Below are positions 16,101 to 32,540 of a stretch of 64,000 bases of DNA, piece by piece. The translations under genes and the position numbers were made by a program. The notes under the pieces were generated by a model. The model had not been told where the DNA came from and did not search any database. It saw only the letters and a list, made by a program, of their open reading frames with translations. The stretch covers positions 118,234,001 to 118,298,000 of the forward strand of contig OZ024744.1 of the NCBI GenBank assembly GCA_964016885.1, in the 5' to 3' direction. The stretch's first letter is position 1. Every line of letters starts with the position of its first letter. This DNA comes from Eledone cirrhosa. Lineage: Eukaryota.

Positions 16101-19100
16101 ATGTGACAGGTACACAGGAGATATGAGATCATGTCAGGGAAGGTAGATGTCATATGTGACAGGTACACAGGAGATATAATGAGATCATGTCACGGAAGGT
16201 AGATGTCATATGTGACAGGTATACAGGAGATATGATATCATGTCAGGGAAGGTAGATGTCATATGTGACAGGTACACAGGAGATATAATATCGTGTCAGG
16301 GAAGGTAGATGTCATATGTGACAGGTACACAGGAGATATGATATCATGTCAGCGTAGGTAGATGTCATATGTGACAGGTACACAGGAGATATGATATGTC
16401 AGAGAAGGTAGATGTCATATGTGACAGGTACACAGGATATATAATATCATGTCAGGGAAGGTTGATGTCATATGTGACAGGTACACAGGAGATATATCAT
16501 GTCAGGGTAGGTAGATGTCATATGTGACAGGTACACAGGAGATACGAGATCATGTCAGGGAAGGTAGATGTCATATGTGACAGGTACACAGGAGATATAA
16601 TATCATGTCAGGGAAGGTAGATGTCATATGTGACAGGTACACAGGAGTTATGATATGTCAGGGAAGGTAGATGTCATATGTGACAGGTACACAGGAGATC
16701 TGATATCGTGTCAGGATAGGTAGATGTCATATGTGACAGGTACACAGGAGATATGATATCATGTCAGGGAAGGCAGATGTCATATATGACAGGTACACAG
16801 GAGATATATCATGTCAGGGAAGGTAGATGTCATATGTGAGAGGTACACAGGAGATATGATATCATGTCAGGGAAGGTAGATGTTATATGTGACAGGTACA
16901 CAGGAGATATATCATGCCAGGGAAGGTAGATGTCATATGTAACAGGTACACAGGAGATATGATATCATGTCAGGGAAGGTAGATGTCATATGTGACAGGT
17001 ACACAGGAGATATGATATCATGTCAGGGAAGGTAGATGTCATATGTGACAGGTACACAAGAGATATAATATGTCAGGGTAGGTAGATGTAATATGTGACA
17101 GTTACACAGGAGATATGATATCATGTCAGGGTAGGTAGATGTCATATGTGACAGGTACACAGGAGATATGATATGTCAGGGAAGGTAGATGTCATATGTG
17201 ACAGGTAAACAGGAGATATGATATCATGTCAGGGAAGGTAGATGTCATATGTGACAGGTACACAGGAGATATATCATGTCAGGGTAGGTAGATGTCATAT
17301 GTGACAGGTACACGGGAGATATAATATCATGTCAGGGAAGGTAGATGTCATATGTGACAGGTATACAGGAGATATGATATCATGTCAGGGAAGGTAGATG
17401 TCATATGTGACAGGTACACAGGAGATATATCATGTCAGGGAAGGTAGATGTCATATGTGACAGGTACACAGGAGATATGATATCATGTCACGGAAGGTAG
17501 ATGTCATATGTGACAGGTACACAGGAGATCTGATATCGTGTCAGGGAAGGTAGATGTCATATGTGACAGGTACACAGGAGATATGATATCATGTTAGGGA
17601 AGGTAGATGTCATATGTGACAGGTACACAGGAGATATAATGAGATCATGTCAGGGAAGGTAGATGTCATATGTGACAGGTATACAGGAGATATGATATCA
17701 TGTCAGGGAAGGTAGATGTCATATGTGACAGGTACACAGGAAATACATCATGTCAGGGAAGGTAGATGTTATATGTGACAGGTACACAGGAGATATAATA
17801 TCATGTCAGGGAAGGTAGATGTCATATGTGACAGGTACACAGGAGATATAATATGTCAGGGTAGGTAGATGACATATGTGACAGGTACACAGGAGATATG
17901 ATATCTTGTCAGGGAAGGTAGATGTCATATGTGACAGGTACACAGGAGATTTGATAACATGTCAGGGAAGGTAGATGTCATATGTGACAGGTACACAGGA
18001 GATATATCATGACAGGAAAGGTAGATGTCATATGTGACAGGTACACAGGAGATATGATATCATGTCAGGGTAGGTAGATGTCATATGTGACAGGTACACA
18101 GGAGATATGATATGTCAGAGAAGGTAGATGTCATATGTGACAGGTACACAGGATATATAATATCATGTCAGGGAAGGTAGATGTCATATGTGACAGGTCA
18201 CAGGAGTTATGATATGTCAGGGAAGGTAGATGTCATATGTGACAGGTACACAGGAGATATGATATCATGTCAGGGAAGGCAGATGTCATATGTGACAGGT
18301 ACACAGGAGTTATGATATGTCAGGGAAGGTAGATGTCATATGTGACAGGTACACAGGAGATATGATATCATGTCAGGATAGGTAGATGTCATATGTGACA
18401 GGTACACAGGAGATATGATATCATGTCAGGGAAAGCAGATGTCATATATGACAGGTACACAGGAGATATGATATCATGTCAGGGAAGGTAGATGTCATAT
18501 GTGACAGGTACACAGGAGATACGAGATCATGTCAGGGAAGGTAGATGTCATATGTGACAGGTACACAGGAGATATGATATCATGTCAGGGAAGGTAGATG
18601 TCATATGTGACAGGTACACAGGAGATATGATATCATGTCAGGGAAGGTAGATGTCATATGTGACAGGTACACAGGAGATACGAGATCATGTCAGGGAAGG
18701 TAGATGTCATATGTGACAGGTACACAGGAGATTTGATAACATGTCAGGGAAGGTAGATGTCATATGTGACAGGTACATGGGAGATATATCATGTCAGGGA
18801 AAGTAAATATTATATGTGACAGTTACACAGGAGATATGATATCATGCCAAGGAAGGTAGATGTCATATGTGACAGGTACACAGGAGATACGAGATCATGT
18901 CAGGGAAGGTAGATGTCATATGTGACAGATACACAGGAGATATATCATGTCAGAGAAGGTAAATATTATATGTGACAGTTACACAGGAGATATGATATCA
19001 TGCCAAGGAAGGTAGATGTCATATGTGACAGGTACACAGGAGATATGAGATCATATCAGGGAAGGTAGATGTCATATGTGACAGGTACACAGGAGATATA

Positions 19101-19507
19101 TCATATCAGGGAAGGTAGATGTTATATGTGACAGGTACACAGGAGATATGAGATCATGTCAGGGTAGGTAGATGTCATATGTGACAGGTACACAGGAGAT
19201 ATAATATTATGTCAGGGTAGGTTGATGTCATATATGACAGGTACACAGGAGATATATCATGTCAGGGAAGGTAGATGTCATATGTGACAGGTACACAGGA
19301 GATACAATATCATGTCAGGGTAGGTAGATGTCATATGTGACAGGTACACAGGAAATATATCATGTCAGGGAAGGTAGATGTCATATGTGACAGGTACACA
19401 GGAGATATGAGATCATGTCAGGGAAGGTAGATGTCATATGTGACAGGTACACAGGAGATATATCTTGTCAGGGAAGGTAGATGTCATATGTGACAGGTAC
19501 ACAGGAG

Positions 19508-19695
19508 ATATGACATCTACCTTCCCTGACAAGATATATCTCCTGTGTACCTGTCACATATGACATCTACCTTCCCTGACATGATCTCATATCTCCTGTG
19601 TACATGTCACATATGACATCTACCTTCCCTGACATGATATATTTCCTGTGTACCTGTCACATATGACATCTACTTTCCCTGACATGATATCATAT
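19508..19695 (-). repeat. Class I reverse-oriented satellite insert (188 bp)
   Basis: Matches 3428-3615; mirror image of the monomers just upstream. Confidence 0.97.
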
Positions 19696-22600
19696 GTGAC
19701 AGGTACACAGGAGATATATGTCAGGGAAGGTAGATGTCATATGTGACAGGTACACAGGAGACATAATATCATGTAAGGGTAGGTAGATGTCATATGTGAC
19801 AGGTACACAGGAGATATGATATCATGTCAGGGAAGGTAGATGTCATATGTGACAGGAACACAGGATATATAATATCATGTCAGGGAAGGTTGATGTCATA
19901 TGTGACAGGTACACAGGAGATATATCATGTCAGGGTAGGTAGGTGTCATATGTGACAGGTACACAGGAGATATAATATCATGTCAGGGAAGGTAGATGTC
20001 ATATGTGACAGGTACACAGGAGATATATCATGTCAGGGTAGGTAGATGTCATATGTGACAGGTACACGGCAGATATAATATCATGTCAGGGAAGGTAGAT
20101 GTCATATGTGACAGGTACACGGGAGATATAATATCATGTCAGGGAAGGTAAATGTTATGTGACAGGTACACAGGAGATATGATATTATGTCAGAGAAGAT
20201 AGATGGCATGTGTGACAGGTACACAGGAGATATGATATCATGTTAGGGAAGGTAGATGTCATATGTGACAGGTACACAGGAGATATAATGAGATCATGTC
20301 AGGGAAGGTAGATGTCATATGTGACAGGTATACAGGAGATATGATATCATGTCAGGGAAGGTAGATGTCATATGTGACAGGTACACAGGAAATAAATCAT
20401 GTCAGGGAAGGTAGATGTTATATGTGACAGGTACACAGGAGATATAATATCATGTCAGGGAAGGTAGATGTCATATGTGACAGGTACACAGGAGATATAA
20501 TATGTCAGGGTAGGTAGATGTCATATGTGACAGGTACACAGGAGATATGATATCTTGTCAGGGAAGGTAGATGTCATATGTGACAGGTACACAGGAGATT
20601 TGATAACATGACAGGAAAGGTAGATGTCATATGTGACAGGTACACAGGATATGATATCATGTCAGGGTAGGTAGATGTCATATGTGACAGGTACACAGGA
20701 GATATGATATGTCAGAGAAGGTAGATGTCATATGTGACAGGTACACAGGAGATATGATATGTCAGGATAGGTAGATGTCATATGTGACAGGTACACAGGA
20801 GATAAGATATCATGTCAGGGAAGGCAGATGTCATATATGACAGGTAAACAGGAGATATGATATCATGTCAGGGAAGGTAGATGTCATATGTGACAGGTAC
20901 ACAGGAGATACGAGATCATGTCAGGGAAGGTAGATGTCATATGTGACAGGTACACAGGAGATATGATATCATGTCAGGGAAGGTAGATGTCATATGTGAC
21001 AGGTACACAGAAGATATGATATCATGTCAGGGAAGGTAGATGTCATATGTGACAGGTACACAGGAGATATATCATGTCAGGGTAGGTAGATGTCATATGT
21101 GACAGGTACACAGGAGATACGAGATCATGTCAGGGAAGGTAGATGTCATATGTGACACGTACACAGGAGATATAATATCATGTCAGGGAAGGTAGATGTC
21201 ATATGTGACAGGTACACAGGAGTTATGATATGTCAGGGAAGGTAGATGTCATATGTGACAGGTACACAGGAGATATGATATGTCAGGATAGGTAGATGTC
21301 ATATGTGACAGGTACACAGGAGATAAGATATCATGTCAGGGAAGGCAGATGTCATATATGACAGGTAAACAGGAGATATGATATCATGTCAGGGAAGGTA
21401 GATGTCATATGTGACAGGTACACAGGAGATACGAGATCATGTCAGGGAAGGTAGATGTCATATGTGACAGGTACACAGGAGATATGATATCATGTCAGGG
21501 AAGGTAGATGTCATATGTGACAGGTACACAGAAGATATGATATCATGTCAGGGAAGGTAGATGTCATATGTGACAGGTACACAGGAGATACGAGATCATG
21601 TCAGGGAAGGTAGATGTCATATGTGACAGGTACACAGGAGATTTGATAACATGTCAGGGAAGGTAGATGTCATATGTGACAGGTACACGGGAGATATATC
21701 ATGTCAGGGAAAGTAAATATTACATGTGACAGTTACACAGGAGATATATCATGCCAAGGAAGGTAGATGTCATATGTGACAGGTACACAGGAGATACGAG
21801 ATCATGTCAGGGAAGGTTGATGTCATATGTGACAGGTACACATGAGATATAGCATGTCAGGGAAGGTAAATATTATATGTGACAGTTACACAGGAGATAT
21901 GATATCATGCCAAGGAAGGTAGATGTCATATGTGACAGGTACACAGGAGATATGAGATCATATCAGGGAAGGTAGATGTCATATGTGACAGGTACACAGG
22001 AGATATATCATATCAGGGAAGGTAGATGTCATATGTGACAGGTACACAGATCTGATATCGTGTCAGGATAGGTAGATGTCATATGTGACAGGTACACAGG
22101 AGATATGATATCATGTCAGGGAAGGCAGATGTCATATATGACAGGTACACAGGAGATATATCATGTCAGGGAAGGTAGATGTCATATGTGACAGGTACAC
22201 AGGAGATATGATATCATGTCAGGGAAGGTAGATGTTATATGTGACAGGTACACAGGAGATATATCATGCCAGGGAAGGTAGATGTCATATGTGACAGGTA
22301 CACAGGAGATATGATATCATGTCAGGGAATGTAGATGTCATATGTGACAGGTACACAAGAGATATATGTCAGGGTAGGTAGATGTAATATGTGACAGTTA
22401 CACAGGAGATATGATATCATGCCAAGGAAGGTAGATGTCATATGTGACAGGTACACAGAAGATATAATATCATGTCAGGGAAGGTAGATGTCATATGTGA
22501 CAAGTACACAGGAGATATATCATGTCAGGGAAGGTAAATATTATATGTGACAGTTACACAGGAGATATGATATCATGCCAAGGAAGGTAGATGTCATATG

Positions 22601-24691
22601 TGACAGGTACACAGGAGATATATCATGTCAGGGTAGGTAGATGTCATATGTGACAGGTACACGGGAGATATAATATCATGTCAGGGAAGGTAGATATCAT
22701 ATGTGACAGGTACACGGGAGATATAATATCATGTCAGGGAAGGTAAATGTTATGTGACAGGTACACAGGAGATATGATATCATGTCAGGCTAGGTAGATG
22801 TCATATGTGACAGGTACACGGGAGATATAATATCATGTCAGGGAAGGTAAATGTTATGTGACAGGTACACAGGAGATATGAGATGATGTCAGGGAAGGTA
22901 GATGTCATATGTGACAGGTACACAGGAGATATGATATCATGTCAGGGAAGGTAGATGTCATATATGACAGGTACACAGGAGATATAATATCATGACAGGG
23001 AAGGTAGACGTCATATGTAACAGGTACACAGGAGATATGAGATCATGTCACGGAAGGTAGATGTCATATGTGACAGGTATACAGGAGATATGATATCATG
23101 TCAGGGAAGGTAGATGTCATATGTGACAGGTACACAGGAGATATAATATCGTGTCAGGGAAGGTAGATGTCATATGTGACAGGTACACAGGAGATATGAT
23201 ATCATGTCTGCGTAGGTAGATGTCATATGTGACAGGTACACAGGAGATATGATATGTCAGAGAAGGTAGATGTCATATGTGACAGGTACACAGGATATAT
23301 AATATCATGTCAGGGAAGGTTGATGTCATATGTGACAGGTACACAGGAGATATATCATGTCAGGGTAGGTAGATGTCATATGTGACAGGTACACAGGAGA
23401 TACGAGATCATGTCAGGGAAGGTAGATGTCATATGTGACAGGTACACAGGAGATATAATATGTCAGGGAAGGTAGATGTCATATGTGACAGGTACACAGG
23501 AGTTATGATATGTCAGGGAAGGTAGATGTCATATGTGACAGGTACACAGGAGATCTGATATCGTGTCAGGATAGGTAGATGTCATATGTGACAGGTACAC
23601 AGGAGATATGATATCATGTCAGGGAAGGCAGATGTCATATATGACAGGTACACAGGAGATATATCATGTCAGGGAAGGTAGATGTCATATGTGAGAGGTA
23701 CACAGGAGATATGATATCATGTCAGGGAAGGTAGATGTTATATGTGACAGGTACACAGGAGATATATCATGCCAGGGAAGGTAGATGTCATATGTAACAG
23801 GTACACAGGAGATATGATATCATGTCAGGGAAGGTAGATGTCATATGTGACAGGTACACAAGAGATATAATATGTCAGGGTAGGTAGATGTCATATGTGA
23901 CAGGTACACAGGAGATACGAGATCATGTCAGGGAAGGTAGATGTCATATGTGACAGGTACACAGGAGATTTGATAACATGTCAGGGAAGGTAGATGTCAT
24001 ATGTGACAGGTACACGGGAGATATATCATGTCAGGGAAGGTAAATATTATATGTGACAGTTACACAGGAGATATGATATCATGCCAAGGAAGGTAGATGT
24101 CATATGTGACAGGTACACAGAAGATATAATATCATGTCAGGGAAGGTAGATGTCATATGTGACAAGTACACAGGAGATATATCATGTCAGGGAAGGTAAA
24201 TATTATATGTGACAGTTACACAGGAGATATGATATCATGCCAAGGAAGGTAGATGTCATATGTGACAGGTACACAGGAGATATGAGATCATATCAGGGAA
24301 GGTAGATGTCATATGTGACAGGTACACAGGAGATATATCATATCAGGGAAGGTAGATGTTATATGTGACAGGTACACAGGAGATATGAGATCATGTCAGG
24401 GTAGGTAGATGTCATATGTGACAGGTACACAGGAGATATATTATGTCAGGGTAGGTTGATGTCATATATGACAGGTACACAGGAGATATATCATGTCAGG
24501 GAAGGTAGATGTCATATGTAACAGGTACACAGGAGATATGATATCATGTCAGGGTAGGTAGATGTCATATGTGACAGGTACACAGGAAATATATCATGTC
24601 AGGGAAGGTAGATGTCATATGTGACAGGTACACAGGAGATATGAGATCATGTCAGGGAAGGTAGATGTCATATGTGACAGGTACACAGGAG

Positions 24692-24829
24692 ATATGACAT
24701 CTACCTTCCCTGACATGATATCATATCTCCTGTGTACCTGTCACATATGACATCTACCTTCCCTGACAAGATATATCTCCTGTGTACCTGTCACATATGA
24801 CATCTACTTTCCCTGACATGATATCATAT
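24692..24829 (-). repeat. Class I reverse-oriented satellite insert (138 bp)
   Basis: Same junctions and CTACTTTCCC variant, fewer internal monomers. Confidence 0.97.
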
Positions 24830-27800
24830 GTGACAGGTACACAGAAGATATGAGATCATGTCAGGGTAGGTAGATGTCATATGTGACAGGTACACAGGAG
24901 ATATATGTCAGGGAAGGTAGATGTCATATGTGACAGGTACACAGGAGACATAATATCATGTAAGGGTAGGTAGATGTCATATGTGACAGGTACACAGGAG
25001 ATATGATATCATGTCAGGGAAGGTAGATGTCATATGTGACAGGTACACAGGATATATAATATCATGTCAGGGAAGGTTGATGTCATATGTGACAGGTACA
25101 CAGGAGATATAATATCATGTCAGGGAAGGTAGATGTCATATGTGACAGGTACACAGGAGATATATCATGTCAGGGTAGGTAGATGTCATATGTGACAGGT
25201 ACACAGTAGATATAATATCATGTCAGGGAAGGTAGATGTCATATGTGACAGGTACACGGGAGATATAATATCATGTCAGGGAAGGTAAATGTTATGTGAC
25301 AGGTACACAGGAGATATGATATTATGTCAGAGAAGATAGATGGCATGTGTGACAGGTACACAGTAGATATAATTGGCTCATGTCAGGGAAGGTAGATGTC
25401 ATATGTGACAGGTACACAGAAGATATATCATGTCAGGTAAGGTAGATGTCATATGTGACAGGTGTACAGGATATATAATATCATGTCAGGGAAGGTAGAT
25501 GTCATATGTGACAGGTACACAGGAGATATAATCAGATCATGTCAGGGAAGGTAGATGTCATATGTGACAGGTACACAGGAGATATGAGATCATGTCAGGG
25601 AAGGTAGATGTCATATGTGACAGGTACACAGGAGATATGAGATCATGTCAGGGAAGGTAGATGTCATATGTGACAGGTACACAGGAGATATATCATATCA
25701 GGGAAGGTAGATGTCATATGTGACAGGTACACAGATCTGATATCGTGTCAGGATAGGTAGATGTCATATGTGACAGGTACACAGGAGATATGATATCATG
25801 TCAGGGAAGGCAGATGTTATATATGACAGGTACACAGGAGATATATCATGTCAGGGAAGGTAGATGTCATATGTGACAGGTACACAGGAGATATGATATC
25901 ATGTCAGAGAAGGTAGATGTTATATGTGACAGGTACACAGGAGATATATCATGCCAGGGAAGGTAGATGTCATATGTGACAGGTACACAGGAGATATGAT
26001 ATCATGTCAGGGAATGTAGATGTCATATGTGACAGGTACACAAGAGATATATGTCAGGGTAGGTAGATGTAATATGTGACAGTTACACAGGAGATATGAT
26101 ATCATGCCAAGGAAGGTAGATGTCATATGTGACAGGTACACAGAAGATATAATATCATGTCAGGGAAGGTAGATGTCATATGTGACAAGTACACAGGAGA
26201 TATATCATGTCAGGGAAGGTAAATATTATATGTGACAGTTACACAGGAGATATGATATCATGCCAAGGAAGGTAGATGTCATATGTGACAGGTACACAGG
26301 AGATATATCATGTCAGGGTAGGTAGATGTCATATGTGACAGGTACACGGGAGATATAATATCATGTCAGGGAAGGTAGATATCATATGTGACAGGTACAC
26401 GGGAGATATAATATCATGTCAGGGAAGGTAAATGTTATGTGACAGGTACACAGGAGATATGATATCATGTCAGGCTAGGTAGATGTCATATGTGACAGGT
26501 ACACGGGAGATATAATATCATGTCAGGGAAGGTAAATGTTATGTGACAGGTACACAGGAGATATGAGATGATGTCAGGGAAGGTAGATGTCATATGTGAC
26601 AGGTACACAGGAGATATGATATCATGTCAGGGAAGGTAGATGTCATATATGACAGGTACACAGGAGATATAATATCATGACAGGGAAGGTAGACGTCATA
26701 TGTAACAGGTACACAGGAGATATAATGAGATCATGTCACGGAAGGTAGATGTCATATGTGACAGGTATACAGGAGATATGATATCATGTCAGGGAAGGTA
26801 GATGTCATATGTGACAGGTACACAGGAGATATAATATCGTGTCAGGGAAGGTAGATGTCATATGTGACAGGTACACAGGAGATATGATATCATGTCAGCG
26901 TAGGTAGATGTCATATGTGACAGGTACACAGGAGATATGATATGTCAGAGAAGGTAGATGTCATATGTGACAGGTACACAGGATATATAATATCATGTCA
27001 GGGAAGGTTGATGTCAAATGTGACAGGTACACAGGAGATATATCATGTCAGGGTAGGTAGATGTCATATGTGACAGGTACACAGGAGATACGAGATCATG
27101 TCAGGGAAGGTAGATGTCATATGTGACAGGTACACAGGAGATATAATATGTCAGGGAAGGTAGATGTCATATGTGACAGGTACACAGGAGTTATGATATG
27201 TCAGGGAAGGTAGATGTCATATGTGACAGGTACACAGGAGATCTGATATCGTGTCAGGATAGGTAGATGTCATATGTGACAGGTACACAGGAGATATGAT
27301 ATCATGTCAGGGAAGGCAGATGTCATATATGACAGGTACACAGGAGATATATCATGTCAGGGAAGGTAGATGTCATATGTGAGAGGTACACAGGAGATAT
27401 GATATCATGTCAGGGAAGGTAGATGTTATATGTGACAGGTACACAGGAGATATATCATGCCAGGGAAGGTAGATGTCATATGTAACAGGTACACAGGAGA
27501 TATGATATCATGTCAGGGAAGGTAGATGTCATATGTGACAGGTACACAAGAGATATAATATGTCAGGGTAGGTAGATGTCATATGTGACAGGTACACAGG
27601 AGATACGAGATCATGTCAGGGAAGGTAGATGTCATATGTGACAGGTACACAGGAGATTTGATAACATGTCAGGGAAGGTAGATGTCATATGTGACAGGTA
27701 CACGGGAGATATATCATGTCAGGGAAGGTAAATATTATATGTGACAGTTACACAGGAGATATGATATCATGCCAAGGAAGGTAGATGTCATATGTGACAG

Positions 27801-28429
27801 GTACACAGAAGATATAATATCATGTCAGGGAAGGTAGATGTCATATGTGACAAGTACACAGGAGATATATCATGTCAGGGAAGGTAAATATTATATGTGA
27901 CAGTTACACAGGAGATATGATATCATGCCAAGGAAGGTAGATGTCATATGTGACAGGTACACAGGAGATATGAGATCATATCAGGGAAGGTAGATGTCAT
28001 ATGTGACAGGTACACAGGAGATATATCATATCAGGGAAGGTAGATGTTATATGTGACAGGTACACAGGAGATATGAGATCATGTCAGGGTAGGTAGATGT
28101 CATATGTGACAGGTACACAGGAGATATATTATGTCAGGGTAGGTTGATGTCATATATGACAGGTACACAGGAGATATATCATGTCAGGGAAGGTAGATGT
28201 CATATGTAACAGGTACACAGGAGATATGATATCATGTCAGGGTAGGTAGATGTCATATGTGACAGGTACACAGGAAATATATCATGTCAGGGAAGGTAGA
28301 TGTCATATGTGACAGGTACACAGGAGATATGAGATCATGTCAGGGAAGGTAGATGTCACATGTGACAGGTACACAGGAGATATATCTTGTCAGGGAAGGT
28401 AGATGTCATATGTGACAGGTACACAGGAG

Positions 28430-28567
28430 ATATGACATCTACCTTCCCTGACATGATATCATATCTCCTGTGTACCTGTCACATATGACATCTACCTTCC
28501 CTGACAAGATATATCTCCTGTGTACCTGTCACATATGACATCTACTTTCCCTGACATGATATCATAT
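28430..28567 (-). repeat. Class I reverse-oriented satellite insert (138 bp)
   Basis: Matches 24692-24829. Confidence 0.97.
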
Positions 28568-29709
28568 GTGACAGGTACACAGAAGATATGAGATCATGTC
28601 AGGGTAGGTAGATGTCATATGTGACAGGTACACAGGAGATATATGTCAGGGAAGGTAGATGTCATATGTGACAGGTACACAGGAGACATAATATCATGTA
28701 AGGGTAGGTAGATGTCATATGTGACAGGTACACAGGAGATATGATATCATGTCAGGGAAGGTAGATGTCATATGTGACAGGTACACAGGATATATAATAT
28801 CATGTCAGGGAAGGTTGATGTCATATGTGACAGGTACACAGGAGATATAATATCATGTCAGGGAAGGTAGATGTCATATGTGACAGGTACACAGGAGATA
28901 TATCATGTCAGGGTAGGTAGATGTCATATGTGACAGGTACACAGGAGATATAATATCATGTCAGGGAAGGTAGATGTCATATGTGACAGGTACACGGGAG
29001 ATATAATATCATGTCAGGGAAGGTAAATGTTATGTGACAGGTACACAGGAGATATGATATTATGTCAGAGAAGATAGATGGCATGTGTGACAGGTACACA
29101 GTAGATATAATTGGCTCATGTCAGGGAAGGTAGATGTCATATGTGACAGGTACACAGAAGATATAATATCATGTCAGGTAAGGTAGATGTCATATGTGAC
29201 AGGTGTACAGGATATATAATATCATGTCAGGGAAGGTAGATGTCATATGTGACAGGTACACAGGAGATATAATCAGATCATGTCAGGGAAGGTAGATGTC
29301 ATATGTGACAGGTACACAGGAGATATGAGATCATGTCAGGGAAGGTAGATGTCATATGTGACAGGTACACAGGAGATATGAGATCATGTCAGGGAAGGTA
29401 GATGTCATATGTGACAGGTACACAGGAGATATGAGATCATGTCAGGGAAGGTAGATGTCATATGTGACAGGTACACGGGAGATATATCATGTCAGGGAAG
29501 GTAGATGTCATATTTGACAGGTACACAGGAGATATAATATCGTGTCAGGGAAGGTAGATGTCATATGTGACAGGTACACAGGAGATATGATATCATGTCA
29601 GGGAAGGTAGATGTCATATGTGACAGGTACACAGGAAATATATCATGTCAGGGAAGGTAGATGTCATATGTGACAGGTACACCAGAGATCTGATATCGTG
29701 TCAGGGAAG

Positions 29710-32540
29710 GTAGATGTCATATGTGACAGGTACACAGAAGATATATCATGTCAGGGTAGGTAGATGTCATATGTGACAGGTACACAGGAGATATAATGAG
29801 ATCATGTCAGGGAAGGTAGATGTCATATGTGACAGGTATACAGGAGATATGATATCATGTCAGGGAAGGTAGATGTCATATGTGACAGGTACACAGGAGA
29901 TATAATATCGTGTCAGGGAAGGTAGATGTCATATGTGACAGGTACACAGGAGATATGATATCATGTCAGGGAAGGTAGATGTCATATGTGACAGGTACAC
30001 AGGAGATATAATAGCATGTCAGGGAAGGTAGATGTCATATGTGACAGGTACACAGGAGATATGATATCATGTCACGGAAGGTAGATGTCATATGTGACAG
30101 GTACACAGGAGATCTGATATCGTGTCAGGGAAGGTAGATGTCATATGTGACAGGTACACAGGAGATATGATATCATGTCAGGGAAGGTAGATGTTATATG
30201 TGACAGGTACACAGGAGATATATCATGTCAGGGAAGGTAGATGTCATATGTGACAGGTACACAGGAGATATGATATCATGTCAGGGAAGGTAGATGTTAT
30301 ATGTGACAGGTACACAGGAGATATATCATGCCAGGGAAGGTAGATGTCATATGTGACAGGTACACAGGAGATACGAGATCATGTCAGGGAAGGTAGATGT
30401 CATATGTGACAGGTACACAGGAGATATGATATCATGTCAGGGAAGGTAGATGTCATATGTGACAGATACACAGGAGATATGATATCATGTCAGGGAAGGT
30501 AGATGTCATATGTGAAAGGTACACAGGAGATACGAGATGATGTCAGGGTAGGTAGATGTCATATGTGACAGGTACACAGGAGATATGATATCATGACAGG
30601 AAAAGTAGATGTCATATGGGACAGGTACACAGGAGATATGATATCATGTCAGGGTAGGTAGATGTCATATGTGACAGGTACACAGGAGATATATGTCAGG
30701 GTAGGTAGATGTCATATGTGACAGGTACACAGGAGATATGATATCATGTCAGGGAAGGTAGATGTCATATGTGACAGGTACACAGGAGATATATCATGTC
30801 AGGGAAGGTAGATGTCATATGTGACAGGTACACAGGAGATATATCATGTCAGGGAAGGTAGATGTCATATGTGACAGGTACACAGGAGATATATCATGTC
30901 AGGGAAGGTAGATGTCATATGTGACAGGTACACAGGAGATATCATATCATGTCAGGGAAGGTAGATGTCATATGTGACAGGTACACAGGAGATATGATAT
31001 CATGACAGGGAAGGTAGATGTCATATGTGACAGGTACACAGGATATATGATATCATGACAGGAAAAGTAGATGTCATATGTGACAGGTACACAGGATATA
31101 TAATATCATGTCAGGGAAGGTTGATGTCATATGTTACAGGTACACAGGAGATATATCATGTCAGGGTAGGTAGATGTCATATGTGACAGGTACACAGAAG
31201 ATATATCATGTCAGGGTAGGTAGATGTCATATGTGACAGGTACACAGGAGATATAATGAGATCATGTCAGGGAAGGTAGATGTCATATGTGACAGGTATA
31301 CAGGAGATATGATATCATGTCAGGGAAGGTAGATGTCATATGTGACAGGTACACAGGAGATATAATATCGTGTCAGGGAAGGTAGATGTCATATGTGACA
31401 GGTACACAGGAGATATGATATCATGTCAGGGAAGGTAGATGTCATATGTGACAGGTACACAGGAGATATGATATCATGTCACGGAAGGTAGATGTCATAT
31501 GTGACAGGTACACAGGAGATCTGATATCGTGTCAGGGAAGGTAGATGTCATATGTGACAGGTACACAGGAGATATGATATCATGTCAGGGAAGGTAGATG
31601 TTATATGTGACAGGTACACAGGAGATATATCATGTCAGGGAAGGTAGATGTCATATGTGACAGGTACACAGGAGATATGATATCATGTCAGGGAAGGTAG
31701 ATGTTATATGTGACAGGTACACAGGAGATATATCATGCCAGGGAAGGTAGATGTCATATGTGACAGGTACACAGGAGATACGAGATCATGTCAGGGAAGG
31801 TAGATGTCATATGTGACAGGTACACAGGAGATATGATTTCATGTCAGGGAAGGTAGATGTCATATGTGACAGGTACACAGGAGATATGATATCATGTCAG
31901 GGAAGGTAGATGTCATATGTGACAGGTACACAGGAGATACGAGATCATGTCAGGGTAGGTAGATGTCATATGTGACAGGTACACAGGAGATATGATATCA
32001 TGACAGGAAAAGTAGATGTCATATGTGACAGGTACACAGGAGATATGATATCATGTCAGGGTAGGTAGATGTCATATGTGACAGGTACACAGGAGATATA
32101 TGTCAGGGTAGGTAGATGTCATATGTGACAGGTACACAGGAGATATGATATCATGTCAGGGAAGGTAGATGTCATATGTGACAGGTACACAGGAGATATA
32201 TCATGTCAGGGAAGGTAGATGTCATATGTGACAGGTACACAGGAGATATATCATGTTAGGGAAGGTAGATGTCATATGTGACAGGTACACAGGAGATATC
32301 ATATCATGTCAGGGAAGGTAGATGTCATATGTGACAGGTACACAGGAGATATGATATCATGACAGGGAAGGTAGATGTCATATGTGACAGGTACACAGGA
32401 TATATGATATCATGACAGGAAAAGTAGATGTCATATGTGACAGGTACACAGGATATATAATATCATGTCAGGGAAGGTTGATGTCCTATGTGACAGGTAC
32501 ACAGGAGATATATCATGTCAGGGTAGGTAGATGTCATATG
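29710..32540 (+). repeat. Tandem duplication of about 1.4-1.5 kb within the satellite (boundaries approximate)
   Basis: TACACAGAAGATATATCATGTCAGGGTAGG at 29731 and 31191 is followed by the same order of variants (GTCACGG, GATCTGATATCG, GACAGGAAAAG, GATATCATATC). Confidence 0.8.

Larger units (their letters stand above)
21965..29400 (+). repeat. Tandem duplication of about 3.7 kb within the satellite (boundaries approximate)
   Basis: Rare variants recur at near-constant offset: GTCAGGCTAGG 22784/26469 and GACGTCATATGTAAC 23007/26692 (3685 bp); inverted inserts 24692/28430 (3738 bp). Confidence 0.85.
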
